Shown in pieces: positions 8,741 to 18,451 of a stretch of DNA of 64,000 nt. The notes beneath the pieces were generated by a model. That model had not been told where the DNA came from. It saw nothing but the letters and a program-made list of their open reading frames with translations, and did not search any database. This DNA is from an uncultured Gemmatimonadales bacterium (GTDB lineage: Bacteria > Gemmatimonadota > Gemmatimonadetes > Gemmatimonadales > GWC2-71-9), in contig CAWCFX010000001.1 in NCBI GenBank assembly GCA_963795085.1, positions 608,001-672,000 on the forward strand, read 5' to 3'. Position 1 is the stretch's first letter; each line of letters starts with the position of its first letter. The translations under genes were made by a program, and so were the position numbers.

Positions 8741-9516
8741 TCAAGCAAGACGCCCGAGTCGCTTTCTTCGAAAGGCCCCTAGCGCTACCAATCCCGTGCA
8801 GATCAGTGTCGTCGTCGCCGGCTCCGGTGTTACCACGACGTCGGTATGGCTCGTGACCGGGCGGACATCGCTACTCGTGTTCGGACTTCCGCAGCGCGCA
8901 AAATGCTCCTCCTCCAAGCTGATGCCATTCGAAATCCACACCGAAGCCCAGTTCCGACATCGTTATCCGGCTGGTCGGTCTATGGAAGGAAAAAACAAAT
9001 CTTCCATCGAAGCCCTGACTCGCGCAGGTCTGGATGGCATTCGGGGTCGGGCCACCGAGGTCGTAGTCATAGGGAAACGGCCCTGGGTCGCAGCCAAAGA
9101 ATCCGACTGGTTCGACGGGGGCATAGAAGAGAGTCTCAGCCCACGCGCCGTCATACCAGTTGGAATGCCAGCCACTGGGAGCTTGCCCCGATGACGTTTC
9201 ACGTTCCCCTTCATGCCGGCCGAGAGGAGCACGACCCCGGAATCTGCAGCGACCAAACCAGTTAAAGTCGGGGTCTTGATGGAAGAGGAACATCCCCCCG
9301 ATCGAGCTGCCCCCGGTGTTGTCCAAGGGGTTCACGCCCTGAGTGTTGGCGATGGTCATGACGATACGGGTGCCGGTCGAAATCCGGACGACCCGAAGCG
9401 AGACGCTGGCGCATGCGTGGAACGCACCCGGAGTGCAGACGTCCCACTGTCTTGAGGAAGCGGCGGCAGATGAGAGTGAGACCGAGGAGTGGGAGAACGA
9501 AAAGGGCGCGTCGCAT
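8741..9516 (-). pseudogene. PEP-CTERM exosortase-substrate protein, frameshifted
   Basis: Signal peptide MRRALFVLPLLGL (9516), a middle part in another frame (WDVCTPGAFHACAS...TIANTQG) and a C-terminal VTPEPATTTLICTGLVALGAFRRKR in a further ORF segment. Confidence 0.7.
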
Positions 9517-9879
9517 ATGGAGAGTCCGTCAAAGGATCCACATCCTTACATTGTGGAGTGGGACTCCGCTAGAGTGTGCGTGGGTACACCCCGGGGTGTG
9601 CGTCGGCGACACACTGAGGTCTATCCTGCGCCTCCCCTGGCCTCATCTGATTTAACGGTGTGGAATCCTCGCAACACCCCTACCCCCCACATAACCGGAG
9701 ATTGGGCTCCGTGAGAGTCCTGGCAACGGGAAGGCAGCGCCGTTAGAGGCGTTCTGGCGCTGACCTCGAAGAAGCGACCAGGCTAACTCGTCGGGCTCAA
9801 GAGGGCGGATCTCCGGCAATAAGCTGCGATTGCTCCGGCAGTCGTCCCGGTTCCTGGCGGCAAGTGGCTGCTTGTCGCA

Positions 9880-10300
9880 GCTAAAAGACGAAGCGCCGTC
9901 GCGTCGTGACGCTCCCCGGAGATGACGGTCAAGGCGCTCAAGCGCCAGCGGGCCGACCAGGCGCAGGCCCGGCTCCTCCTCGGAGCGGAGTACAACGCCG
10001 AGTTGGACCTAATCTTTGCGACCCATACCGGGGAACCGCTCGACTGGCAGAACATCGCCCATCAGTACTTCCGGCCGATCCTCCGCAAGGCCAAGCTGCC
10101 GATCATCCGCCCCTATGACCTGCGGCACACTGCCGCCACGATCCTCCTCGCAGCCGGGGAACACCCTAAAGATCGTTGCCGAGCGTCTGGGCCATTCGAC
10201 CACCACCCTAACGATGGACACTTACAGCCACGTCCTCCCAGACATGCAGGATGGGGCGGCGACGAGGCTGGGCTCGTTGCTTGCAGTGAGCAACATTTAG
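9880..10300 (+). pseudogene. Phage-type tyrosine integrase, C-terminal catalytic remnant, frameshifted
   Basis: LIFATHTGEP, IRPYDLRHTAAT...GEHPK, then a shift to IVAERLGHS...TMDTYSHVLP; N-terminal domains absent. Confidence 0.85.
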
Positions 10301-10396
10301 AGTATCCCCGGTGATCAGCACAGCTGAGGGGAGGGCCGCAAGCGGGCTTTACTGCGGCCCTTTTACGCTCCCATGCGTTGATCCGGCGAGGCGAGA

Positions 10397-11475
10397 ATGA
10401 TTCGAGCAGGTTGGATACTTCATTACCGCATTCACGGCACCAGCATTGATACGGACCGGCTGCCCTTGATCCGTCAGGGTAACGGTCCAAGTGTTGAGGT
10501 TGAGATCTCACGGAGACCCTCAATTGATGGTTGGGGACCCTTCACCCCTCTGAAGACCGTAATCAGCAATCAAAAGTTCGATATGACGGTCGGCCCGAAA
10601 CCTGTTCCGAGACACCCAGACCAAGATGGCTATCACGCTCCGTATACTTGGCTCATGCTCATAATCTCCGACAATTATCAGCTTACAGGTGATCTGGAGC
10701 ATCGTTTTCGGAATAACCCCGATGCTAACAAAGACGCTGTCTTTGCTGAACTCCGTGACCAACATGCCACCCTTAAGGACGATGCCCACCTCGTTGATGG
10801 GCGCGATTGCAGCTGAGTACCCCCCACACGGTCATTCAACCTTGGTCCTCCGTTCTGGCTTGCTGGCACAAGCCAAACACATGGTCAGGGGCAGCTGACT
10901 CCGCGCCTATTGAGGTCCTCCCTGCATTGCAGCAATTGAATGCCTCAGTTGTGAATCTTGCGGTTCACAGCGCAGTTGAGCTATCAAAGCGAGCAGAGAA
11001 GGAAGTGGCCCCTATCACCCTATCGGCGCGGTGGCTTAGTAGCGCAAGGGCCGCGCCACCGGCAATGTCGGCTGAGCGTTTTCCTCGGAATGTTTCGTGT
11101 GCTGGAAACGCTCTGGATCTTCCCGGCCACACCCAAGCAGGCGCTAGACACTGATTTTGCAGGGCTAGCCGAGTGGGCGGGTGAAGATCTGGATAAGTTG
11201 AAGTTTGTTAACAACCTTCGATCCTGGTACCGCCGACCAACACTTATGGAATGCTTCAGGGCTCTCGCCATGGAGTACTCACCGGAGACGGCGGAGTCAG
11301 ACATCGCTCGTTTCCAAGTACTAGAAGAAGCTTCCGTGATGATCTGGTGCATGGGAACATTCTGAGGATACCGGACGAGGTCAACACGAAAGGAACGGCA
11401 CACGATTGGGTGGCTCGTCTCGCGCACAGCTACTTTAATACGGTTATTGAAAAGGAGTCCAAGAAAACCAACTGA
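10397..11475 (+). pseudogene. Frameshifted probable HEPN-domain (ApeA/MauJ-like) protein
   Basis: Overlapping ORF pieces join into one protein (ARWLSSAR...FLGMFRVLETL...) ending in RDDLVHG, an R-x4-H motif. Confidence 0.45.
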
Positions 11476-11626
11476 TGGTCAGACTGCGACTTTGGCCCCG
11501 GGTTTCGGTCCCGGTCTTTGTAAAACGCCTGCTATCTCGGCGAATAACGGAAGCTGGCGGGCAGCGTGGAACGCTAAGCAGGGCAATACTCCTCGCTTCT
11601 AAGCGAAACCCCGTTAAGGCCACTGA

Positions 11627-11671
11627 GACTCTAAATCACTAGGTTGTAGGTTCGATTCATACGCGGCGCAT
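11627..11671 (+). repeat. attR: duplicated tRNA-Lys 3' half
   Basis: GACTCTAAATCACTAGGTTGTAGGTTCGATTCATACGCGGCGCAT versus 8600-8644. Confidence 0.9.
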
Positions 11672-11949
11672 CACGAAAGTAAGAGGAGGCAGCGACCGCA
11701 GGAGCGGCCCCGCTGCCTCTTTCTGTTGGAGCCAGCCGGCAACCCGCAGCCAGCCTGGGCCCCGTCGTTGCGAGTGAGTCCGAGCCGAACGGATCTCGGG
11801 ACATTTGGCTTTCGACGGGTGGTACTGCCGGGCTCGATGACGGAATCAAGGCGTGGAGTCAGAAGGCCACAGATCCCGAGTTGCCCCCCCCTCTTGCGGC
11901 ATGCCCAGCCAGAATGCATGCTTGCCTTATCCCTGTCCCGACAGCCACA

Positions 11950-12765
11950 ATGGCGATCAAGATGTCCAAGCGGTTTGTTGACCGCGCCAAGGCACAGCTA
12001 CGCCGTTATCAGAAGATCATTGAGAGCGCACGAGCCCGGGATGTCGGAGAATCCGATACCTGTGTGATCGTGAGCGACTTTCTCTCCGATGTCCTGGGTT
12101 ACGACAAGTATGAGGATATCACAACCGAGTCTGCCATTCGGGCCACCTTCTGTGACCTAGCGATCAAGTGTGATGGGCGCCTCTGTTACCGCATCGAGGG
12201 TGGAAGTCGGTAGGAACCGATCTCAAGGAGAATCACTTGCGCCAGGCCGTTGACTACGGCGCCAAGGAAGGCTGCGAGTGGGTGTTGCTGACCAATGGCC
12301 AGGAATGGCAGGCCCATCGAATCAAGTATGACCAGCCGATAACACACGACGAGGTGTTCCGGCTTGATCTCCTGGATCCCGGGGCCGAGCTTGGCGGATC
12401 TTGCACGGCACCTGTATCTCATCGCGAAGGAAACCAGCGGTGGGAAGGATATCGATCGATTCTGGCGCCAGAAGGAGGCTACCAGCCGGTTCGTGATTGC
12501 CCAGCTCCTGCTCCAGGATAGCTTGCTGGCCGCTCTACGGCGGGAAGTGCGACGACTCTCGCCCGATGTACGGATTACTCGAGATGACCTCGGCGCGGTT
12601 CTCCGCAACGAGGTCCTCAAGCGGGAGACTTTGGAGGGCGACCGCGCAAAAGCGGCGGAGGCATTGGTCAAGCGGCTTGCACAGAAAGCGACTTCGAAAG
12701 CAGGCTGCGGCAGAAAAACCAGTTGCCGCTGTAGCCCCATGAGAGTTGAAATCCACTTCGCTTGA
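11950..12765 (+). pseudogene. Type I restriction enzyme HsdR N-terminal-domain protein (stand-alone PD-(D/E)xK nuclease), frameshifted
   Basis: ESDT..IVSDFLSDVLGYDKY...DLAIK / LRQAVDYGAKEGCEWVLLTNGQEW / LRREVRRLSPDVRI found in successive ORF segments. Confidence 0.75.
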
Positions 12766-12837
12766 GGCGAGGCTGCCAGGTTGCCGGTGGCGCCGGCGGG
12801 GCCGGACCACGGTAATGCGGGGGGAACCCGGTTTACC

Positions 12838-13139
12838 TCAACTACGAGCCCAGTCCGGATGCCGCCGGCGCCTGGTCCCACGACGGCCAGAGCATCGCCT
12901 TCATCAGCGGCCGCGACCTGCAGGCCGATCGGATCTACGTCATGACGGCCGATGGTACCAGCCTCCTCCTCGACGTTCCCGAGGCCCCGCCAGGAGGCTT
13001 CCCCGACTGGAGCCCCACCGACAGCCACATCGCCTTTACCGGCAACGCCGAGATCATGACCATGCGGCCGGATGGAAGCCAACTGGTCAACCTGACCAAC
13101 AACCCCGCCCAGGACCGCTACGCCAGCTGGAGCCCGTGA
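12838..13139 (+). pseudogene. TolB/PD40 beta-propeller gene 3' fragment
   Basis: PAWSHDG, PDWSPTD..IAFT and LTNNPAQDRYASWSP repeats; no intact 5' end. Confidence 0.65.
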
Positions 13140-13241
13140 AGGGTCATCCCTTTCCCTGGCGCGCTCGCTGCCAGGACCTACCAGAACTCACGCACCTGGG
13201 GGAACTCTAAGCGCTGTGTGTATAAACACTTGTGAACACCC

Positions 13242-13291
13242 TTGCCAATTCCATTTCTGGCTGCATACTAGCAACTAACTGGTTGTCAGGC
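13242..13291 (+). promoter_or_regulatory. Putative Pc-like promoter plus attI-like site (copy 1)
   Basis: TTGCCA-N16-CATACT then CAACTAACTGGTT-GTCAGGC; the flank GTCAGGCGCCACTAT is complementary to the next cassette end ATAGTGGCGCCGAAC (13736-13750). Confidence 0.6.
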
Positions 13292-13320
13292 GCCACTATC
13301 TGACCCTCACGCGAGGTGGT

Positions 13321-13728
13321 ATGGTAGAATGTCGTTTATCTCAGCCATGGGCACTCGCATTCTTGAGTTGTGGCGTTCTGTTCCTTGCCTGTAGTGACCC
13401 CTCGGCACCTGACTGCGATACTCCTCCTACTATTACTGTAGGGCCCGGTGGCGCACCCTCATTCAGCTGGTCTCCGGCCTGCCCCGTTGCCGACCTCCTT
13501 GTGGAGCCTCCTGATCCGACCGGTACGTGGTACTATCGCATTACCAATGCGAACGGAAAGAATGTTCTTGAACCCCCAATACGATATGGGGAGACCCGAT
13601 TTGGGACGGTTGTTTCGGGTCCCCCACCCGGGGGTCTAATTGCGACCGTAATTTATCGAGTTACGATTTCACGTAGCGATAGCGCCGGTCACTTTGTTAG
13701 CCTCAGCTCCCTTGTCTTCCAGCGCTAG
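13321..13728 (+). CDS. Cassette 1: hypothetical lipoprotein
   Basis: Hydrophobic N-terminus with LAC lipobox; bounded by attI-like and attC sites. Confidence 0.65.
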   Translation: MVECRLSQPWALAFLSCGVLFLACSDPSAPDCDTPPTITVGPGGAPSFSWSPACPVADLLVEPPDPTGTWYYRITNANGKNVLEPPIRYGETRFGTVVSGPPPGGLIATVIYRVTISRSDSAGHFVSLSSLVFQR

Positions 13729-13743
13729 GGCGTTAATAGTGGC

Positions 13744-13841
13744 GCCGAACCCGCGCTTGGAGCGGTCACCCGCGCCCAGCTACCTGCTGGACGCCACTAT
13801 ATACTGAGCGCGGATTGCCGCTCGAGCGCAAACCGATAAGC
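13744..13841 (+). repeat. attC site 1 (cores mutated to GCCGAAC / GATAAGC)
   Basis: GCGCTTGGAGCGG ... CCGCTCGAGCGC inverted L boxes; central part identical to attC 16660-16757. Confidence 0.8.
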
Positions 13842-13859
13842 GGCTGCCCAGGATCTCGA

Positions 13860-14621
13860 GTGGACATTGAATTCGGTCTCTTCTTCCTGGCTTTCATTGT
13901 CGGGCCCGCTGTGGTCGGCATGGTCTGGCAGTGGCGTGCTCGCGAGCGTAGTATTCGGCACGCGCTCGAGAAACGGAACAACCCCAGGCGTGTTGAGGCT
14001 CTGCTCCCCCTCCTGGACAGGTGTGTCGACATCCTGATCGCGGAGTATGGAGCAGACACCTTCGCTCACCCACAGCTCACGGTCGTTCCCGGAGTCATTG
14101 CGAACCGCCGCGATTTCATCCAGCATCTCATAACGCTCGCAGCAGAACGGTGGCAGATCACCCCGCCCCCAGTGAACCTTTCTGTCGTTCCTCCCAAAGA
14201 CAGGGAACATGCCGCGGGGACCTTTGTGCAGACCACCGCTGACTGGTCATTTAACGTGGATTCTGATGGCACGATAGGGCCCTCGGATGAACCCGCGTGG
14301 AGGATCTGTATTGATCCGGCTCACTTTCACGATGATCTCGCAGTGGCAGCGATCGTGGCCCACGAGTTCGCCCACGGCGTCCTGACCCGGGATGCGGTGG
14401 CTCTCGCCAGCGATGGCGAGAATGAGGTCCTGACAGATGTCGCCGCCGCGCTATCTGGCTTTGGTCAACTCATGCTCCAGATGCAAAACCGGGTGGAGCG
14501 GCAGTACGTGGCCAACGGCGGCCTGTCATACACGGTCGGCGGGCCAGGTTACCTGTGGCCCCAGGAGCTGGCTCATGTTCTCTGGCGCCACGGCAGGCTG
14601 AGCACCAATGGAGCCGCCTAA
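13860..14621 (+). CDS. Cassette 2: membrane-anchored HEXXH putative metallopeptidase
   Basis: N-terminal TM segment; IVAHEFAH..ENEVLTD motif; stop codon lies inside GCCTAAC (R'') at 14616. Confidence 0.65.
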   Translation: MDIEFGLFFLAFIVGPAVVGMVWQWRARERSIRHALEKRNNPRRVEALLPLLDRCVDILIAEYGADTFAHPQLTVVPGVIANRRDFIQHLITLAAERWQITPPPVNLSVVPPKDREHAAGTFVQTTADWSFNVDSDGTIGPSDEPAWRICIDPAHFHDDLAVAAIVAHEFAHGVLTRDAVALASDGENEVLTDVAAALSGFGQLMLQMQNRVERQYVANGGLSYTVGGPGYLWPQELAHVLWRHGRLSTNGAA

Positions 14622-14644
14622 CACGCCCGCCATCGGAGTCGCGT

Positions 14645-15076
14645 ATGAACGAGCGTCTGTTTTGCGAATTCCTAAGCGGTATTACCGAGGCTTCAGCCAT
14701 CGCTGCTGACTTGAACGGCACGAAGGTCACGCCGGATCACTGGTCTCACCGGACGAGCGCCAACTATCGCGGGTTGCCTATCTCACGCGAGTTTACGGTT
14801 CGGCCGGAACACGTCATTCGGCTTGTGGACGCACTGTCAGCCGGGTCGCTTACATCGGACCAGGTTACGACCGCCCTCTTCTGTGTGGAAGCGGCCCCCG
14901 ATCGGTTTGTGTGGGATACGGATACGACTGAGGGGGACCGCGTTGCCAGCGCAGTCTTCTGGCTGGGGACGCCGGAGATCAATTATCCACTCACGCCGGC
15001 GAACCTGGCGAAGATTCGACATTACCTTGAGACCGGTGAGAACACATTGACGACTGCCGATACCAAGGCCCGCTAA
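14645..15076 (+). CDS. Cassette 3: hypothetical protein
   Basis: ORF between a truncated attC (14616) and a half attC (15084). Confidence 0.6.
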   Translation: MNERLFCEFLSGITEASAIAADLNGTKVTPDHWSHRTSANYRGLPISREFTVRPEHVIRLVDALSAGSLTSDQVTTALFCVEAAPDRFVWDTDTTEGDRVASAVFWLGTPEINYPLTPANLAKIRHYLETGENTLTTADTKAR

Positions 15077-15083
15077 AGTCGAG

Positions 15084-15127
15084 GCCTAGCATGCGCTTGC
15101 AGCGATCAGCCGCGCCCGGCTACCCGC
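15084..15127 (+). repeat. Half attC (left arm only)
   Basis: GCCTAGCATGCGCTTGCAGCGATCAGCCGCGCCCGGCTACCCGC matches the left arm of the family, then the TolB-end copy follows. Confidence 0.65.
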
Positions 15128-15182
15128 GGTACCGATCCTGCTGGCCAGCCGCCACGTCCGGAATTGGATGCCAACCAAGACC

Positions 15183-15412
15183 ACGCGCCCGGATGGAAGC
15201 CAGCTCGTCAACCTGACCAACAACCCCGCCCAGGACCGCGACGCCAGCTGGAGCCCGTGAAGCGTCATCCTTCTCCCTTGGCGCGCTCGCTGCCAGAAGC
15301 TACCGTAACTCACGCACCTGGGGGACCCAGGCGCTCGGCTTATATATACTTACGAACACCCCTTGCCAATTCCGCTTCTAGCCACATACTAGCAACTAAA
15401 TAGTTGTTAGGC
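15183..15412 (+). repeat. Second copy of the TolB 3' end + promoter + attI-like platform
   Basis: ~230-bp diverged duplicate of ~13062-13291; TTGCCA-N16-CATACT; CAACTAAATAGTT-GTTAGGC. Confidence 0.85.
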
Positions 15413-15457
15413 GGCCCGAATCCGACACCTGGGTGGAACACTGAGAGGAGAGTCCCG

Positions 15458-15991
15458 ATGGTCTCGATGGTCATGTTGACGTTCCGCCTTGGTGTAGCAT
15501 CGTTGCTCCTTATCGCTACGGCTTGCAGTAATGAGGGGTCTGGCGACCTGCCTGCGGCGGCAGATTTGCTGTTCTCCCTACGTGCCGCGGACTCGTCAGT
15601 TGCGGCCGCAATCGCGGCGCGCGACCCTGAGCGCACTGCGGCATTTTATGCCGATAGCGCCGTCATAATGCCCGTTGCGGAACCGATCGTGGAGGGGCGC
15701 GCGGCTATCCTCGAAGAGTGGCGGCACGTTTTCGGTATTCCCGGCTTCGCCAACAACTCGCGGCTCATTGCGGCCGTGGTGTCCTCCGGTGGCGATTTGG
15801 GATACACTCGCGGAACCTACGAGTCGCTCATGCTGAGCCCCCGCGGGCAGAAGCTTGTCGAACGGGGGAAGTGGGTCACAATCTGGAAGCGCGGCGCGGA
15901 TGGCAGCTGGCGAATCGTCCTCGACATCTTTAATACGGACACGCCGCCACCAGAACATCAGCCCAGCACCGCGGAGCGTTCCGACCACTAA
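15458..15991 (+). CDS. Cassette 4: DUF4440/SnoaL-like (NTF2 fold) lipoprotein
   Basis: SD GAGGAG; GDLGYTRGTY and GKWVTIWKRGADGSWRIVLD motifs. Confidence 0.85.
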   Translation: MVSMVMLTFRLGVASLLLIATACSNEGSGDLPAAADLLFSLRAADSSVAAAIAARDPERTAAFYADSAVIMPVAEPIVEGRAAILEEWRHVFGIPGFANNSRLIAAVVSSGGDLGYTRGTYESLMLSPRGQKLVERGKWVTIWKRGADGSWRIVLDIFNTDTPPPEHQPSTAERSDH

Positions 15992-16027
15992 TGTCGTGAT
16001 GCGCGAGCGGCCGACTGACACGCGGCC

Positions 16028-16126
16028 GCCTATCACGCGCTTGGAGTGGCCATTCGCGCCAGGTCACCCGAAGGACGCCAGGACATTATGAGCGCGGATT
16101 GACAGCTCAAGCGCAAACCGTTAGGT
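16028..16126 (+). repeat. attC site
   Basis: GCCTATC-ACGCGCTTGGAG...GCTCAAGCGCAAACC-GTTAGGT. Confidence 0.85.
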
Positions 16127-16154
16127 GGCCCAAAAGCACATGTGACCGGTGACA

Positions 16155-16271
16155 ATGAACAGACTTCGCGCTTTAGTAGAAAAGGTTGCTCATTGGGACT
16201 TCATCATTCAGACCATCTTTGTCATCGGCCTCATCGTCGTTGGCTTAGTGCTGTACTTGAAGCAACGGTAG
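16155..16271 (+). CDS. Cassette 5: 38-aa single-TM small protein
   Basis: MNRLRALVEKVAHWDFIIQTIFVIGLIVVGLVLYLKQR; only + strand ORF seen between two attC sites. Confidence 0.55.
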   Translation: MNRLRALVEKVAHWDFIIQTIFVIGLIVVGLVLYLKQR

Positions 16272-16294
16272 TTTCAATGGATGTTGAGCGGGCC

Positions 16295-16390
16295 ACCTAA
16301 CACGCGCTTGGAGTGGCCATTCGCGCCAGGCCACTCGCTGGACGCCAGGATGTGATCAGCGCGAATGCCATTCAAGCGCCAACCGTAGGC
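16295..16390 (+). repeat. attC site
   Basis: ACCTAAC-ACGCGCTTGGAGTGG...CCATTCAAGCGCCAACC-GTAGGC. Confidence 0.85.
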
Positions 16391-16400
16391 GGCATTTCTG

Positions 16401-16649
16401 GTGACTTGGCCTGAACGAACTCTCTCGACTCGATTGCTGGCCGGCCTGGTAGGGGCGGTCTTGGGGGCGTTCATAGGATTCGGCGTAGGCGCAGGGTGGT
16501 TCCGGTCGATGAACAACGGACATCCGCCGATCGCCCAGTTCGTTGCGGGAGCGGCGATCTTAGCTTTTCTCATTTCATTCTGGGTCGGCGACCCTGCAGT
16601 CCGCTTTCTAATGCGGATGATTGGTGGAGGACGGCCGAAGCGTTTGTGA
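16401..16649 (+). CDS. Cassette 6: small two-TM membrane protein
   Basis: Two hydrophobic segments; cassette-bounded. Confidence 0.6.
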   Translation: MTWPERTLSTRLLAGLVGAVLGAFIGFGVGAGWFRSMNNGHPPIAQFVAGAAILAFLISFWVGDPAVRFLMRMIGGGRPKRL

Positions 16650-16659
16650 CGCCAATGCC

Positions 16660-16757
16660 GCCTAACACGCGCTTGGATCGGTCACCCGCGCCCAGCTACC
16701 TGCTGGACGCCACTATATACTGAGCGCGGAATGCCACTCAAGCGCCAACCGTTAGGC
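16660..16757 (+). repeat. attC site (canonical cores)
   Basis: GCCTAAC ... GTTAGGC with inverted L boxes. Confidence 0.9.
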
Positions 16758-16799
16758 CGCACAACCCATTCGCCGGCAGCACTTCGGGAAAGGTCGTTG

Positions 16800-17138
16800 G
16801 TGAGATTCTCGTGGTCATGCATCCTGCTTATGCCGTCTGCCTTGGCTTGCGCCAGGCAAACGGTGATGGACAAGAACTCGCCACAACCGATCGTGAAAGT
16901 GGTGGCGGAATACCCCGCCGAACTCCGACCACTCAACCGAGTAGGCCACGTCATAGCGATTTTTATGATTGACACACTGGGTGTGCCACAGGAGCATACG
17001 ATCAAGATTGTGCAGGCCTCACATCCGGCATTTGTCGCTCCAGTGCGACAGGCTATACCGCGCTGGCGCTTTCGCCCGAGTGAAGTAACAGGGGATAGAA
17101 CACCGTGGGTGCAACTCAGGTTTGACTTTTCACCGTAG
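16800..17138 (+). CDS. Cassette 7: TonB C-terminal-domain protein
   Basis: YPAELR..GHV...F.IDTLG..ASHPAF....RWRFRP...VQLRFDF. Confidence 0.7.
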   Translation: MRFSWSCILLMPSALACARQTVMDKNSPQPIVKVVAEYPAELRPLNRVGHVIAIFMIDTLGVPQEHTIKIVQASHPAFVAPVRQAIPRWRFRPSEVTGDRTPWVQLRFDFSP

Positions 17139-17156
17139 TGCCAGACAGAGGGTGCT

Positions 17157-17254
17157 GCCTCACCCGCGCTTGGAGCGGTCAGCCGCGCCCGGCTACCTGC
17201 TGGACGCCACTATATGCTGAGGCGCGTATTGCCGCTCGAACGCCACCGTCAGGC
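17157..17254 (+). repeat. attC site
   Basis: GCCTCAC-CCGCGCTTGGAGCGG...CCGCTCGAACGC..GTCAGGC. Confidence 0.8.
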
Positions 17255-17309
17255 AGCCCTGAGAGAGGACCTCCCGAATTCACGCTCCCTGAGGCCGGCC
17301 CGGCAACGT

Positions 17310-17927
17310 ATGTTCCTTGGACTGATTGGCACGGCCGTCCTGGCGGTGGATCTTCTTCTCGTACACAACGAACAGATTGTCACGTGGGTACGGTTCACTC
17401 CGCCCGCAGTTGGGTTAGTGGCGATTGTGTTGTCTGCTGTTGATCGCGAGACATTGCTGGGGTTTAGCCGGATCCGAGAGCGACCGTGGGCCGTGCTCAT
17501 GGCCATCGCGATTCTTGGCACCTATCTATGGGTGAGCGCATATTCGTCACCCGTTGGGTCCGGGGCTGTCGACTGCCGGTTGCAGGAGCGACTCTGTACG
17601 GCCCCTTACTGGCTCGCGCCGGGGATTCAACAGCTGACCGTTCTGGCGCCTCTGGTCGAAGAGAGTGTATATCGCGCGGTGGGGTTCGGAGCCTTGGCGC
17701 TAGCTCTTGGGCCCATTCCGGCCCTCATCATCTCAACGGCTGCGTTTGGGTTCCTGCATCACCTCTACGGAAGCTTGCGGTGGTTCCACCTCGCCGCTGG
17801 ACTGGCGTACACGGGCCTGTACTGGTATGGCAGGTCCCTGGCTTTGAACATTGCGACTCACGCAGCGATGAACTGGGCGGTTATGCTGAGAAACCTCGCC
17901 CGCTGGTACGCTTACTATACGCCGTGA
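17310..17927 (+). CDS. Cassette 8: CPBP/Abi (CAAX-type) intramembrane metalloprotease
   Basis: APLVEESVYR, FGFLH and THAAMN motifs. Confidence 0.85.
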   Translation: MFLGLIGTAVLAVDLLLVHNEQIVTWVRFTPPAVGLVAIVLSAVDRETLLGFSRIRERPWAVLMAIAILGTYLWVSAYSSPVGSGAVDCRLQERLCTAPYWLAPGIQQLTVLAPLVEESVYRAVGFGALALALGPIPALIISTAAFGFLHHLYGSLRWFHLAAGLAYTGLYWYGRSLALNIATHAAMNWAVMLRNLARWYAYYTP

Positions 17928-17941
17928 TAACCCATGGAATC

Positions 17942-18040
17942 GCCCGACAGGTGCGTGCAGTCGCCGATGCGCGCTGGGCCCACTCGATGGACATCAGCAC
18001 ATGATCACCGCGAATCCCGCTCAAGCGCCAACCGGTAGGC
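17942..18040 (+). repeat. Degenerate attC site
   Basis: Right arm CCGCTCAAGCGCCAACC-GGTAGGC conserved; left arm diverged. Confidence 0.6.
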
Positions 18041-18065
18041 GCTACAACCATCACAACCGGAAGCG

Positions 18066-18425
18066 ATGAGCGACCAACTCGGCGGCCTGCTCAGAAGCCC
18101 GATCGCCCAGGCAGTGATCCCCGTCGGGATGCTGCTGCTCTACGTGCGGTTCGTCTGGGAATATCGCCGCGCCCTTCGGCGTCGCCTGGAGGATCCGGAA
18201 TGGAAGGTCAATACAACGCGATTCCTCGTGTGGAAGTCGAGAATGTGGTCATTCCTCGGTGTGGGAGCGTGGATTCTGCTCGTGGTGGCGGTGGACTTGT
18301 TTGGAGGGACGACGCCAGGCACCACCACGGCGTTCACGTGGGGGTTCGGCATTCTCTTTGTGTGGGTCGGGGCGACTGCGTTCATCGAGGGATTCATGGA
18401 AGGTCCCGGCGGGAATAGCCAGTGA
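18066..18425 (+). CDS. Cassette 9: three-TM membrane protein
   Basis: Hydrophobic segments; cassette-bounded. Confidence 0.65.
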   Translation: MSDQLGGLLRSPIAQAVIPVGMLLLYVRFVWEYRRALRRRLEDPEWKVNTTRFLVWKSRMWSFLGVGAWILLVVAVDLFGGTTPGTTTAFTWGFGILFVWVGATAFIEGFMEGPGGNSQ

Positions 18426-18451
18426 CGCCGCCGGTTCGTGGCCCGGTCGCA

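Larger units (their letters stand above)
8600..11671. mobile_element. Decayed genomic island integrated in tRNA-Lys (attL 8600-8644, attR 11627-11671)
   Basis: 45-bp direct repeat of the tRNA 3' half with 2 mismatches; encloses a tyrosine integrase remnant; visibly lower GC than flanking core genes. Confidence 0.85.

Noticed and set aside
9880..10300. Integrase remnant as the integron integrase IntI
   Set aside because: Motifs are phage/ICE-type (LGHS..TMDTYSH), no IntI-specific insertion is seen, and it lies inside the tRNA att-bounded island 3 kb from the attI-like site.
11627..11671. Second tRNA-Lys gene
   Set aside because: Only the 3' half is present, with anticodon-loop and T-stem changes; it is an att repeat.
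13140..13240. intI 5' remnant (minus-strand QVRE) and LexA box (CTGT-N8-ACAC) upstream of the attI-like site
   Set aside because: The QVRE match is only 4 aa and is followed by a stop. The LexA-like box has a mismatch and is not conserved in the second copy.
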